From positions 800,001-864,000 of the forward strand of contig CBDESU010000002.1 of the NCBI GenBank assembly GCA_965242695.1: a DNA stretch of 64,000 nucleotides, given 5' to 3'. Every line of letters starts with the position of its first letter. The stretch's first letter is position 1. Position numbers and translations under genes: made by a program. Of the stretch, positions 18,071 to 28,296 are shown piece after piece. The notes beneath the pieces are model-generated. The model was given only the letters and a program-made list of their open reading frames with translations, was not told where the DNA came from and did not search any database. This stretch comes from Cenarchaeum sp. (GTDB taxonomy: Archaea > Thermoproteota > Nitrososphaeria > Nitrososphaerales > Nitrosopumilaceae).

Positions 18071-20941
18071 TTGTATAGCGCCTCCACCGGCGAGTCGCGG
18101 CCCACGGACGCCGGCAAGTACGTCCGCTGGGGCATCGTCGGCGTCATCGCCCTGATCATAGTCGGCATCGTCGGCAACCAGGGCATCATGCTGTCGATGA
18201 ACGTCGGCGAGTTCGACGAGCAGTTCACGCGGCCCCTCTTCTACTCGGTCGCGTCCGCCGGCATCCTAGCGGCCATCGCGCTAGTCCGCGTCAACATCGC
18301 CTCGCGCTCGTCGATGCTCTGGTACACGATCACGACGGCCATCGTCGTCATGGGCAGGGGCGCCTCGAACGAGCCCGTCTCGAACAGCGTGGGCAGCTTC
18401 CGCTCGTACCGCATGGGCCCAGCCCAGTTCGTCCTGTGGCAGATCACAAAGGTGCTGCTGTTCGGCGCCTTCTTCACGAACGTCCTGTTCGGCTTTGCTG
18501 CCATGGAGGTCCTCGACGGCAACATGCTCGGCCTAGAGAACCTCCCCGCCCTGTTCTCCCTCCCGTTCGTCACGCCGCCGACCGACTCTGCGTACGCGGT
18601 CGACACCGTAATCCCGATGATGCCGGCCCTGCTCGTCCTCATACCGCCCATACTCGCCGCCGTCGGCCTGCGGCTCGTCCTGTACGTCGGCCTGCACTCG
18701 ATAATCGGCGTCATTACGTCGTACATCTCGGACACGTCCAGCGGCAAGCCGCGCTACCTAAACTACGTCTCGACCATAGAGGCCGTCATCGGCATCACCA
18801 TACTGTGGTCCGCCTTCAACATGTTCTTTACCGACCAGATAGACTACAACACGCGCTACGTCATCGCCGGCACCCTCCTCGCGGGGTTCGCGATGATCGC
18901 CTTCTCGCTGACCGACCGCTACCGCGCGCGCGTCCTCACCCACATGCTAAAGCGCGACGTGTGGGTGCGATTCCTGACGCTCATCGCCGTCGGCATCATC
19001 GTCCTTGCCATAGTCTCCGTAAACGACAGCATTGCGGATGCGCGCAAGATAGAGTACCTCGGCCCCTACACGGCGCAGCAGATCGGCGTGAACCGCTACC
19101 TTGCCGAGCTCGACAACGTCGTAGAGCACTCGCACGACGTAGAGCTCCACTCGATATCTGCCAACGCCATCTCGTCGTACGTCGACCAGAACGCCGACCT
19201 GCTCGGAGCCATACGCGTGTGGGACTGGGAGGCCGCGTACGCAAAGCTAAAGCCCGAGATCGGGCTCATCCCGTACGTCGACTTTGAGGACAACGACATA
19301 CTCCGGTTCAACGACTCGCTGTACTGGACCGCATCGATGAAGCCCATACTGCCGCCGTCGGTCGCCGCCGGCGACCAGTGGTACAACGAGCACCTCGTGT
19401 ACACGCACGTTCCCAACGGATTCTTGACGCTCGACGCGACCGAGGGGCAGATCGTAGACAGCGCCGAGTTCTTCTCGCAGCGGGCCATATACTACGGCGA
19501 GGGCGGCCTGCTCGACGAGCAGTGGTCGGCGTACCCCGAGAACCGCGGGGCCGAGACGGACGAGGTCGACGACGCGCAGTACGACGGGGCCGGCGGGCTG
19601 ACGCTGCCGCCGCCGATGAGCTGGGTCTTCGAGCCGAACTTCCTCGTCTCCTACCCCGGCGAGCCGGTCCACATCATGCGCTACAAGGACATCAACTCGC
19701 GCATGGAGGCGCTCTACCCGTACTTTGTCTACAACTTCTTCGACAAGGAGCTCGACTCGTACCCCGTCACGGACGGGACCGACTCGTACTGGCTCGTACC
19801 GCTCATATTCGGCGTGCGCGCCGACGCCGTGCCGTGGGCGTCAAACAACCACTACATACGGCTTGTCGGGTACGCGCTCATCGACACGTACGACGGCGAC
19901 ATCACGCTGCTAAAGGTCGGCGACGACTTTTTCACCGAGATGTTCGAGAGCCAGTACGGCGAAAAGTTCGAGGAGATACCCGCCTGGCTCGGCAGCCAGA
20001 TGAGGTACCCCGCCGAGCTGTTCAACTGGAAGACGAGCATGTACAACTTTTACCACGTCACGGACGTAGAGACGTACATACAGGCAAACGAGTTCTACGA
20101 GATACCGCGCGGGCTGGACACGTACTACATCGAGGCCAAGCCGCCGGGGTTTGAAGAGTCCGAGTTTGTCGGGCTGCTCTCGCTCGAGCTGAAGGGATCG
20201 CAGGGGCGCAACCTCGCCGGGTTCATGATCGTGCAGAACGACCAGCCCGACCTCGGCCAGATGCAGTTCTACGAGGTGCCGCTCAACTCTTCGACAAAGC
20301 TGATCGGGCCGACCGCCGTGCGCGAGGCGCTCGACCGCGACCCCGACTTTGCGCAGCTAAAGACGCTCCTGCGCAACCCGCGCATCGGCGACAACATACT
20401 GTACAGGGTCGGCCAGCACGACACGTACTTTATCCCCGTGTACACGGCCGGCGCCGGCGGCGTAGTGGCCCAGCTCGGCACTATTGCCGCCGTCGGGGCC
20501 GCGTTCACCGGCGAGTACCACGTGGGCCTCGGCGAGACGCAGCAGGAGGCGTTTACGGCGTACCTGCAAAAGCTCTCCGGCGTGCCGCCGTCGATGACAT
20601 TCTCGAACGGCGGCGCCGGCGCGCCCGACGAGCTGACGCGCGACGAGCGCATCGAGATCGTCCGGTCGCTGTTCGACGCAGAGGGCGTCGACGTCGCCGA
20701 GCCCACGTCCATACGGATACCCATATCGTTCAGCGAGGGCGAGACGTTCTTCTTCACGGACGCCGAGCGCGAGGATGCAGAGGAGCTCGTCGCCGGGTTC
20801 ATCGACGACTTTGTCCAGCCGCGCGCCGACCGCGTCTTCATGTGGGAGGACGAGGGCGAGAACACGTTCAACTTTGGGACCGTGGTCATCCGCGACAGCA
20901 TAGCCCAGATGCACTACATTACGGTCGAGATCGGCAGCTAG
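18071..20941 (+). CDS. UPF0182 family integral membrane protein
   Basis: Multiple N-terminal TM helices; WYNEHLVYTH, IYYGE, IDTYDG, RYP motifs. Confidence 0.88.
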   Translation: MYSASTGESRPTDAGKYVRWGIVGVIALIIVGIVGNQGIMLSMNVGEFDEQFTRPLFYSVASAGILAAIALVRVNIASRSSMLWYTITTAIVVMGRGASNEPVSNSVGSFRSYRMGPAQFVLWQITKVLLFGAFFTNVLFGFAAMEVLDGNMLGLENLPALFSLPFVTPPTDSAYAVDTVIPMMPALLVLIPPILAAVGLRLVLYVGLHSIIGVITSYISDTSSGKPRYLNYVSTIEAVIGITILWSAFNMFFTDQIDYNTRYVIAGTLLAGFAMIAFSLTDRYRARVLTHMLKRDVWVRFLTLIAVGIIVLAIVSVNDSIADARKIEYLGPYTAQQIGVNRYLAELDNVVEHSHDVELHSISANAISSYVDQNADLLGAIRVWDWEAAYAKLKPEIGLIPYVDFEDNDILRFNDSLYWTASMKPILPPSVAAGDQWYNEHLVYTHVPNGFLTLDATEGQIVDSAEFFSQRAIYYGEGGLLDEQWSAYPENRGAETDEVDDAQYDGAGGLTLPPPMSWVFEPNFLVSYPGEPVHIMRYKDINSRMEALYPYFVYNFFDKELDSYPVTDGTDSYWLVPLIFGVRADAVPWASNNHYIRLVGYALIDTYDGDITLLKVGDDFFTEMFESQYGEKFEEIPAWLGSQMRYPAELFNWKTSMYNFYHVTDVETYIQANEFYEIPRGLDTYYIEAKPPGFEESEFVGLLSLELKGSQGRNLAGFMIVQNDQPDLGQMQFYEVPLNSSTKLIGPTAVREALDRDPDFAQLKTLLRNPRIGDNILYRVGQHDTYFIPVYTAGAGGVVAQLGTIAAVGAAFTGEYHVGLGETQQEAFTAYLQKLSGVPPSMTFSNGGAGAPDELTRDERIEIVRSLFDAEGVDVAEPTSIRIPISFSEGETFFFTDAEREDAEELVAGFIDDFVQPRADRVFMWEDEGENTFNFGTVVIRDSIAQMHYITVEIGS

Positions 20942-21288
20942 GGGAGGCCGTCCTGGCGGCCGGAATAGCCGGACGACATCTAGAATGGGGGCCTCTTGCC
21001 GCCCCGGCTGCGATGGGTGGGGGGGGGGGGGGCTGTGCATGCTGCTCATGGCCGAGGAGGGCGCGCTCGACGCAATGGCTGAGATGCTTGGACGCGCAAT
21101 GCGCCGCGCCACCGGCCCCTGTCCAATGAACGCGGTGGCAGCCCCGGGGAAGGGCGCCTTCCCGCCCTGTGTCCGCCCGCCTGCACGCAGAATGCCCGCC
21201 CCTGCGCGGCCGGAGCCGCTCCCGGCCCCCTGTTTGCGCGCGGCCGGGCGATGAAATCTAAATAGGGAGCGCCCCCCGCCCGCCCGCG

Positions 21289-21777
21289 ATGGGCAAAGGC
21301 GGCGGCAAAAAGAGCAACCCGCTCCGCGACATGGCCGAGATGCTTGCGGCCGCCAGGGACAGCCACAATCTAGCGGCCGAGGCGGTGCTCCGGGCCTACA
21401 AGGATGCCGACGGCGCGGATCCTCATTCCGTAGCGGCCGGCGCGGCCGTCGCATGCGCCCACATGGAGGCCGCGTCGAGGTACATGGAGGCGGCGAGCCT
21501 GCTGACGCGCGGCATAGGGCTGAGCAGCTGCGGCAATCTGCACACGACCTACCTCCGCCGCATCGCATCGCTCGTCGGCCGATCCGCATCGCTCTCGGCC
21601 AAGTCGTCCAAGATCATGGGGAGCCTGCCCGACGTTGACCAGGACGAGCACGAGGAGATTGCCGACAGCATGCGCCTGGCCAAGAGGCTGGCGGCAGAAA
21701 GCGCGGGGCGGGCCCGGGCGGCCTACGATGGCATGCGCACGATGAACGACACGGACAAGGGCCGCGCCGCCGACTAG
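21289..21777 (+). CDS. Hypothetical Ala-rich helical protein (paralog of 24127-24660)
   Basis: TATA-like TAAATA upstream; shares AHMEAA.RY..A..LL.R and R.I..L.GRSA.LSA..S.I with the paralog. Confidence 0.6.
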   Translation: MGKGGGKKSNPLRDMAEMLAAARDSHNLAAEAVLRAYKDADGADPHSVAAGAAVACAHMEAASRYMEAASLLTRGIGLSSCGNLHTTYLRRIASLVGRSASLSAKSSKIMGSLPDVDQDEHEEIADSMRLAKRLAAESAGRARAAYDGMRTMNDTDKGRAAD

Positions 21778-22527
21778 CCGGCCGGCCGGGAGCGGGCTGG
21801 CGCCCCTGCACATGCATGGCCGCATGCGGGCGTCCGCGCAGGGCAGCGCCGAGAATGCCGCCCGCCTTGGACTTGGGGACGGCGCCCGCCGCGCTTGAAA
21901 CGGCCGGCCGAGGCGCTTCCTGTCGTGCACATGCGCAGGGAACGGCGCGCGCCCCTGCGGTGGCGCCATGGGGGACACCTGACGCGGCCCGGCCGCGCAG
22001 CCCGGCGCGCCGCCGCTTCCGCCGAGACATGCGGCATCTCAAGGCCGTGCGGAGCAGCCTCGCCGCATGCCCGTCCCGCCGCCGCCTGCCGCGACGCGCC
22101 CGCGACGCCCTGCCTAGATGCCGATCTTACTCTCGGTGGCCTAGTGCTACAGGCCGGCCGCTCGGGCCGGCGCCGCTGTGTCGACTTGGCGCCGCCGGAT
22201 CCGCTCCTGCAACCCCGCCGCACGGCTTTGGGGACGCTGGCGGGGAGCTTTAGCGCCCGAACCGCCATAGGTTGCGACGGGCCGCATGGCAGGCACTGCC
22301 CTAGATGGCACGGCGGTGGGGTGGCAAGGGGGATAGCAAGCTGAACAATGTATAGTCCGCCTTTTATACAAAAAGGTGGGCGCTGGATCAAGGACATGGC
22401 ACACGAAAAATTCGCACTGATTGCGTTGCTGGCCGCATCGGCCCTTGCGCCGCCGGCCATGTCGCTGCACAACGAAGAACGTGCTGGAAAACAGCGCGCC
22501 GGACGCCAATCTTGCATTTCTTAACCA

Positions 22528-24098
22528 TGCTTGCCTTGATGCTGCTGGCTGCGGCAGCGGCCGTGGCCGGCGGAGGGGGCGAGGCGGCCGACGGGCTGGC
22601 CGAGTCGTGCGCGGGCGTTCAGGCCCGGGCCCCGCCGACGTACGAACAGAACAGGCGGCCCAGCTTTTGCGAGACCGCCGTGTGGATAGCCGCCGCCGGC
22701 CTGAACGGCCGGGCGCTGGAGGATCCCGGCTTTTGGTCCGCGTTCGCGTCCGACAGGGCCGCGCGCCTTGTCGAGGGAGGAGGATTCTACGGGCACCGCG
22801 TAGACCTAGACACGGTCGAGATCGTCCCGTCCGTGTCTGATCCCGCCGCCTCTTTCCCGCCCAGCGTCAACGTCACGATCCGGTTCGACCACGGCCCGCC
22901 CACCGGCAGGGGACCCTGCCCCGAGGTCGTATGGCCCGCGTCCTGCGGCGGGGGCGGCAGCTTCGAGCAGACCTACACGATGAACGAAGACTACAACTTT
23001 GACTTTTGGACGCAGCCGTACCTAGTCGACGGCAGGTCCGCCCTCGGCTCGACGGTCACGTGCATCGCGGGGTTCTACTTGGACACCGACGCCAGCGCCT
23101 GCCTGCCCCTTTCCAGGTGCCCGTCCGGCTCTGCTCTGTACGACGGCGTGTGCATTACGTGGAAGGCATGCAGGGGAGAGCGCGATGCGTACGTCATTGA
23201 CGGCGAGAGATGGGAGTGCCCGCCCGACCAAATCCGCGACCTGCTGATCGATAGTTACGTGCACCCCTCGCACAGCCTGCCGGTCATCACGGGCCATACG
23301 CCCGCCGAGTGGGTCGCCTCGTGCGTTGACGCGGCGGCCCACCCGCCTCCCGCCGGAGACCTGGCATCCGATCCAGCCTACGTCTTTTGCGGCTCCGTCG
23401 CCGCCCACGGCATAACCCCGCCGGACGCGCAGCGGATAGCCTCCGAGGTCGACTGGGCCGCATACGCGGAGCAGGACGCGCTGCACTTTGTCGACGGGTG
23501 GGGGTTCTACCAGCACTACGGCGAGAAGGGCACGCTGGAGGTAGTCCCAGCCGTGGCCGCGGGCGGCAGCGAGGGCGCCGTGCCCGAGATGTCCGCCACG
23601 GTGCGATTCGACTATCGGGACCACAGGCCCTATCTGGATGGCGGGCTGGATGCGGGCACGTTCGAGTATACGTTCGATGTGCGCATGCCCCCGGGCGACC
23701 GCACACTACCCGCCATGATCGACGGGGCGGAGGCGCCGGGCGCCGACATAGAATGCCCCGACGACTACACCAACATCTTTGATCCCACCGGGTGCTCGTA
23801 CCTTGACGACTGCTATGACGGCACCATGCACGATGGAATTTGCGAGTATATTATCGTATGCGACTACATGCACGATGGTTCATGGGTGCTCTGCCCCGCG
23901 ACTGCGGAAGAGCGCGACGAGCTGATCAGGCAGTACACCGGAGTGTGGAATCCAGACATTCTGCCGGCGCTGAGGGGGCTGTTCTTCCTTGCCGCAATTG
24001 TCTCGCTGCCCGTCCTGCTCTGGCGCTGGCGGAGAAAGAGGCGGCGGCAGCGGCGCGAGGCGGCATCTGCGGCCGGCCGGCCGGCCGGCGCTACCTAG
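22528..24098 (+). CDS. Secreted, C-terminally membrane-anchored Cys-rich protein with two internal repeats
   Basis: Hydrophobic signal MLALMLLAAAA; C-terminal TM followed by WRWRRKRRR; duplicated V(E/D)G.GFY.H...EIVP/EVVP...T(I/V)RFD...FE.T module. Confidence 0.75.
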
Positions 24099-24126
24099 AT
24101 TAGGCGCCCCTCGAGGGCCCGCCCCG

Positions 24127-24660
24127 TTGAATGCAGGCGATAGCGCGCCAGGCGGCATCCATCCCCTCCCCTCCCCGCCCAAGCTTGCCCCGCTGCTTGC
24201 CACCCTTGGGTCCTCCCACCGGAGTGTGGCCGCGCTGGCCCACTCTACGCACAAGGTGGCCGTCGCAACGGGCGCACACCTTGTCGCCGCCGAGATGGCC
24301 GTCGCTAGCGCCCACATGGAGGCGGCAGCGCGGTACGACCGCGCAGCGCACCTGCTGGCGCGCCGCATCGACTCGAGCACCATCAGCCGTAGCGCCCTGT
24401 CCGCCGCATACGGCCGGCGCATCATGGCGCTGCTCGGCCGGTCCGCCGCCCTTTCGGCCAGGACGTCGAGGATCGCGGCGCGCATGTCGAGGCGCGTTCC
24501 CGACGGCGGGTTAGCATCCGCCTGCGATATGCGCGATACCAGTAGCGCAATAGAGGAAAACGCGCGCCTGACCCGCGAGACTCGCGAGTCTACCCGCGAA
24601 AACCTCTCCTTACGGGCCAAGATTGTCGCCCTCCGCGAGCGGACTGCCCGCCCGGCTTGA
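24127..24660 (+). CDS. Hypothetical helical protein (paralog of 21289-21777); start uncertain
   Basis: VASAHMEAAARYDRAAHLLARRI...YGRRIMALLGRSAALSARTSRI. Confidence 0.5.
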   Translation: MNAGDSAPGGIHPLPSPPKLAPLLATLGSSHRSVAALAHSTHKVAVATGAHLVAAEMAVASAHMEAAARYDRAAHLLARRIDSSTISRSALSAAYGRRIMALLGRSAALSARTSRIAARMSRRVPDGGLASACDMRDTSSAIEENARLTRETRESTRENLSLRAKIVALRERTARPA

Positions 24661-24713
24661 CCGCCGCCGCCCGCTGCCAACACGGTAATATGGCTCCCAA
24701 TATTCCGCGCCGC

Positions 24714-24881
24714 ATGGGCGGATGGGGCAGGTGCCCGTGCTGCAAGGCAGGCAAGGATCTCACCGAGCACCACGACAAGGATGTGGGGAAAAAGTTCCTG
24801 CTCTGCCGTGAGTGCCACGACGTCGTTGAGGCGTACATACGGCTCGTTGACGGCTACAGGGACTCTGCCGAAAAGGAGTGA
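24714..24881 (+). CDS. Small Cys/His zinc-binding (HNH-like) protein
   Basis: MGGWGRCPCC...LTEHH...LCRECH; TAATAT ~25 bp upstream. Confidence 0.65.
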   Translation: MGGWGRCPCCKAGKDLTEHHDKDVGKKFLLCRECHDVVEAYIRLVDGYRDSAEKE

Positions 24882-24985
24882 CCCCGCCGCCCCCGGGCGC
24901 CGGCGGGCCCCCGCCCCTGGGATCGGCACCTCCCGCATCCCCCGCCCCCCAAGCTTAATTTCCGCCCGCCGCCCCACGCGCCCCC

Positions 24986-25543
24986 ATGCTCCTCGTGCTC
25001 GACAACGGCTCGGAATTTACGCCCGAGATCGCCGGCGCGCTGTCCGCCGCCGCCGTGCACTTCGAGTCTCGTACCGCCGCCGACCCGAAAGCCTGGGACG
25101 CCGCCCTCTCTGCAGCCTCCTACGTGCTGTCGGGACGCCGGCGCAACGACAGGCGCATGAACGCGTTAAACTCGCGCATCATACGCCACGCCATATCGTC
25201 GCGCCGCCCCCTTCTCGGCATCTGCTACGGCGCCGAGATGCTCGCCCTGTCCGCGGGCGGGACGATCCGCCGCATGCCCGAGCCCCACCGCGGCACCGAG
25301 ATTGTCGAGGCCGTCCGTGACAGCCCGCTGCTCCCCGCCGGCTCTGCAATAGGGGTCCGCGAGCAGCACCGCTACGAGATCGCCCGGCTCGGCTCGCTGG
25401 AGCGGCTTGGCGGATCCGCAAGGTGCGCCAACGAGCTCGTCCGGCTCGGCCGCACGCACGTCTACGGCGCGCAGTTCCACCCCGAGGCGACGCCCGACGG
25501 CCGCCGCATCCTGGAGCGGTTCGCCGCGCTCAAGGGTTATTAG
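24986..25543 (+). CDS. Class I glutamine amidotransferase (GMP synthase subunit A-like)
   Basis: LDNGS, PLLGICYG, QFHPE. Confidence 0.88.
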   Translation: MLLVLDNGSEFTPEIAGALSAAAVHFESRTAADPKAWDAALSAASYVLSGRRRNDRRMNALNSRIIRHAISSRRPLLGICYGAEMLALSAGGTIRRMPEPHRGTEIVEAVRDSPLLPAGSAIGVREQHRYEIARLGSLERLGGSARCANELVRLGRTHVYGAQFHPEATPDGRRILERFAALKGY

Positions 25544-25567
25544 CTTGCCTTGCCCCGCCCCGCCCGC

Positions 25568-26539
25568 ATGGCTACCGAGCGCGAGCTTGTACTGCCCCCC
25601 GTCCGCGACGAGAACGCGTGCCTCCCGCTCGCCGTAAACGCGGTCGCATCGTACTGGGGGATAGGGCTGCCGGCCGACGAGGCGGCCGCGCTCTGCTCAA
25701 AGTACCCCGGAACGGCCGGAAGCATACTGATCGAGGGGATCGAGCTTGCCGAGCGGCACGGCCTGTCCGCGGCAGTCCTGCGCTCGGACATGGCCGGCCT
25801 CCGCTCGCTCGTCGACTCGGCCGTCCCTCCCATAGTGATCATACCCGGCGTGAAGAACGTCGTCCAGCACGCCTCCGTCATATCGGGCTACGACGACTCG
25901 TCCGGGCGCGTAATGCACTACATCCCCGACCAGGATCCCGAGGGCGACGGGTTCCGGGTCGGCATGATCCCGTACGGCCAGTTCGACTCGATATGGTCCG
26001 AGGACGGGCGCATCGCCGTCGCGCTCGCCCCGCCGGGCGCATCGCCCGAGATCGACTCGGCGCTTTCCACGGCGGAGGCGCGCTCGAACCGCCTGTGCTT
26101 TGCATCCGAGCGCGCCTCGCTGCTCGGCGACCAGGAGGGGGCCGTCCGCATGCTCTCCGAGGCCGTCGCGCTCGACGGGGACAGCACGGTGGCCCACTCT
26201 CTGCTCGGCTCGGCCCTCAACGCGCAGGGCTCGGCAGACTGCGTCGCCTCGTACGAGAGGAGCATCGAGCTCAACCCGGGGTCGTTCCTCTCGCACAGGG
26301 GCCTCGGCAACTACTACCTAAAGGCCGGCAGGCACGCCGACGCCGAGCGCCACTACACGGCGGCCCTGGACATCAACCCGTCCCGGTACGCGCCGCTCTA
26401 CAAGAACAGGGCCGTCGCGCGCTCTAGCCTGCCCGGCAGGGACGCCCTTGCCCGCGACGACCTCAAGGCGTACCTGAGGCGGATGCCGGACGCGGCCGAC
26501 TCGGACTCCATCCTGAGGGCCATCGACGAGCTGTCCTGA
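25568..26539 (+). CDS. C39-like cysteine peptidase domain plus TPR repeats
   Basis: ENACLPLA (Cys), QHASVISGYD (His), DQD; C-terminal TPR pattern. Confidence 0.8.
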   Translation: MATERELVLPPVRDENACLPLAVNAVASYWGIGLPADEAAALCSKYPGTAGSILIEGIELAERHGLSAAVLRSDMAGLRSLVDSAVPPIVIIPGVKNVVQHASVISGYDDSSGRVMHYIPDQDPEGDGFRVGMIPYGQFDSIWSEDGRIAVALAPPGASPEIDSALSTAEARSNRLCFASERASLLGDQEGAVRMLSEAVALDGDSTVAHSLLGSALNAQGSADCVASYERSIELNPGSFLSHRGLGNYYLKAGRHADAERHYTAALDINPSRYAPLYKNRAVARSSLPGRDALARDDLKAYLRRMPDAADSDSILRAIDELS

Positions 26540-26548
26540 CTGTAGTAT

Positions 26549-26625
26549 TGGTGCGGAGTGCGGGATTCGAACACGCGATACCCAGCTTGGGAAGCTGGTG
26601 TCATACCAGGCTAGACCAACTCCGC
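26549..26625 (-). tRNA. tRNA-Gly(CCC), CCA encoded
   Basis: GCGGAGT acceptor stem, CCAGC-TT-CCC-AA-GCTGG anticodon arm, GTTCGAATC T-loop, ends ACCA. Confidence 0.95.
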
Positions 26626-26678
26626 GCGCGACGGCGCGGCTAGCTTGCGTTATATACCTTGAACCGCCCCGGCCCGGC

Positions 26679-26852
26679 ATGGACGCGCGGTGCCCCAAGT
26701 GCGGCAGCGTCGCATCCGTCGACGACGCGATGGAGCGCGTGTGCTGCCCGCACTGCGGGTACGAGGACACGTACGACGGGTACCTGGAGACGATGAAGCA
26801 AGAGGCCGTCAACATGGCGGCCGACTACATCCCCGACCGGCCGGGCATGTAG
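26679..26852 (+). CDS. Small zinc-ribbon protein
   Basis: CPKC...CPHC; TTATATA box ~25 bp upstream. Confidence 0.75.
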   Translation: MDARCPKCGSVASVDDAMERVCCPHCGYEDTYDGYLETMKQEAVNMAADYIPDRPGM

Positions 26853-26946
26853 CGCGTGTCCCCGCCGCCTCCGGGCATGGCGGCCTGTCCCAGGCCGCCG
26901 CGCGCCGGCCGCTCAGGTAATATGGCCCGCCCCCGCGGGGCCGCCG

Positions 26947-27810
26947 TTGGCATCGCGGACCAGGGCCGCCGCCGCCCCGAGCCGGGGCATCACCGGCGTG
27001 TACAAGAACTTCAGGGTCGACCCCAAGCTCCAGGCCGCGATCGACAGCACTGTACACGAGTCGTTTGCGGTCAGGGTTCGGGCGATGCGGATTCTCGAGA
27101 TGGACGCGGGGCTGCCCGAGCGCGAGCGGCTGGGAATGGACCAGATCGCGTCGATATTCGCCGTCGGCAGGGACGATCTGGACGGCTGGTGGAGCGCCTA
27201 CCAAGAGGGCGGCGTCGACGCCCTTCGGAACTATGCGGGGGAGCGCCGCGGGCGGCCGCGGGCGGCCGCGGATGCGCCCGAAAAGGCAGAGGGCGGAATG
27301 CCGGCGCGCGGCGCAAAGTCCGTGACATCCGAAGAGGCCGGCCGGCGCGGAGGCAAAACCAACTGGGAAAGAGTCTGCCTGGCCTGCGCGATAAAGGCGG
27401 GCCTGGTGCGGCCCGTCAGGTGGCACTACGGGAGCGGCAGGGTCCCCCTGCCCGGCCGGCGCGGCCAGAGCGTGGATATGGCCGATTTGCCGCCCCGGCC
27501 GCCGCAGCGCAGGTTCCGGTGCAAGTGCCGCGGAAACTGCAGGACGGAGGACCTGGTAAAGATACGCAACTGCGGGTGCGAGCCGTCCAGGCCGTGCAGC
27601 TGCCCCTGCTGCGAGCCCGTGCGCCTTCCGCCGTTCGGCCCGCCGCACGCGCCGGGGTGCCCCGCGGTGGAGGTGTCGAATACACTGCGGGTCGTAGCGC
27701 CCGCGGATCTGCACAGGGCGATCAAGGAAAGGTCGGGCATCGACTACTCGCCGGGCCAGCTGCGCGCCTTGATGGAGAGCCTTGAGATGCTACCAGAGGG
27801 CGCCGCTTAG
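26947..27810 (+). CDS. IS630-transposase-derived HTH / winged-HTH protein with a Cys-rich insertion, no DDE domain
   Basis: W..AYQEGGVDALR...GRPR and IKERSGIDYS...LRALM motifs; stops right after the wHTH. Confidence 0.65.
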   Translation: MASRTRAAAAPSRGITGVYKNFRVDPKLQAAIDSTVHESFAVRVRAMRILEMDAGLPERERLGMDQIASIFAVGRDDLDGWWSAYQEGGVDALRNYAGERRGRPRAAADAPEKAEGGMPARGAKSVTSEEAGRRGGKTNWERVCLACAIKAGLVRPVRWHYGSGRVPLPGRRGQSVDMADLPPRPPQRRFRCKCRGNCRTEDLVKIRNCGCEPSRPCSCPCCEPVRLPPFGPPHAPGCPAVEVSNTLRVVAPADLHRAIKERSGIDYSPGQLRALMESLEMLPEGAA

Positions 27811-27875
27811 GCAGCTGCGGTGTTGCCGCGAGAAGGGGAATGCCTTCAGACCCTCGCCGTGCCTGCCGCACTCCG

Positions 27876-28019
27876 CTACCAGAACGTCCCCTTGTCGGAG
27901 CAGTCCAGGTTTGCGCCGCACCGCGTGCAGAGCAGGTGGCAGGCCTGTATGCTGATCATGCGCTCGCCGCACCGCGGGCACTCGACGCCCTTCTTGTCGT
28001 CCTTGTTGCCTTCGTCCAT
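27876..28019 (-). CDS. Small zinc-finger protein (47 aa; not in the ORF track)
   Basis: MDEGNKDDKKGVECPRCGERMISIQACHLLCTRCGANLDCSDKGTFW; TTAAATA upstream. Confidence 0.75.
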   Translation of the reverse strand: MDEGNKDDKKGVECPRCGERMISIQACHLLCTRCGANLDCSDKGTFW

Positions 28020-28296
28020 GCCGGCGCCTCCGCGGCGGCCTATTTAAGCCGCAACTGGGGCCTTGCGGCGCGGAGCGGGCGGATAGCCGCATCGCCTCCG
28101 CTTGGCGGCCGGCCCCTTGCAACCCGCGCGCCCCATCCTGCCCGCCTGCGGTCGTGTACCGCATGGGGAGCGGCTCGCCGTTGCGCACCTGTAAGCCCGC
28201 GCGCCCCACCCTGCCCGCCCGCGGAGCGGCCGATCCAGGCGCGGCAGCGCCGGCGCCGACGCGTGCTCTTGCCGGCTATCTCGGGGATCTTGCCGG

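Noticed and set aside
22351-22380. TATAGTCC followed by the hairpin CCGCCTTTT-ATACA-AAAAGGTGG as a second MITE copy
   Set aside because: Only 8 bp match the MITE end and no right TIR is seen; more likely a promoter or terminator-like element
21780-22510. Several 120-250 aa ORFs in this gap
   Set aside because: No recognisable motifs or coding-like composition in any frame
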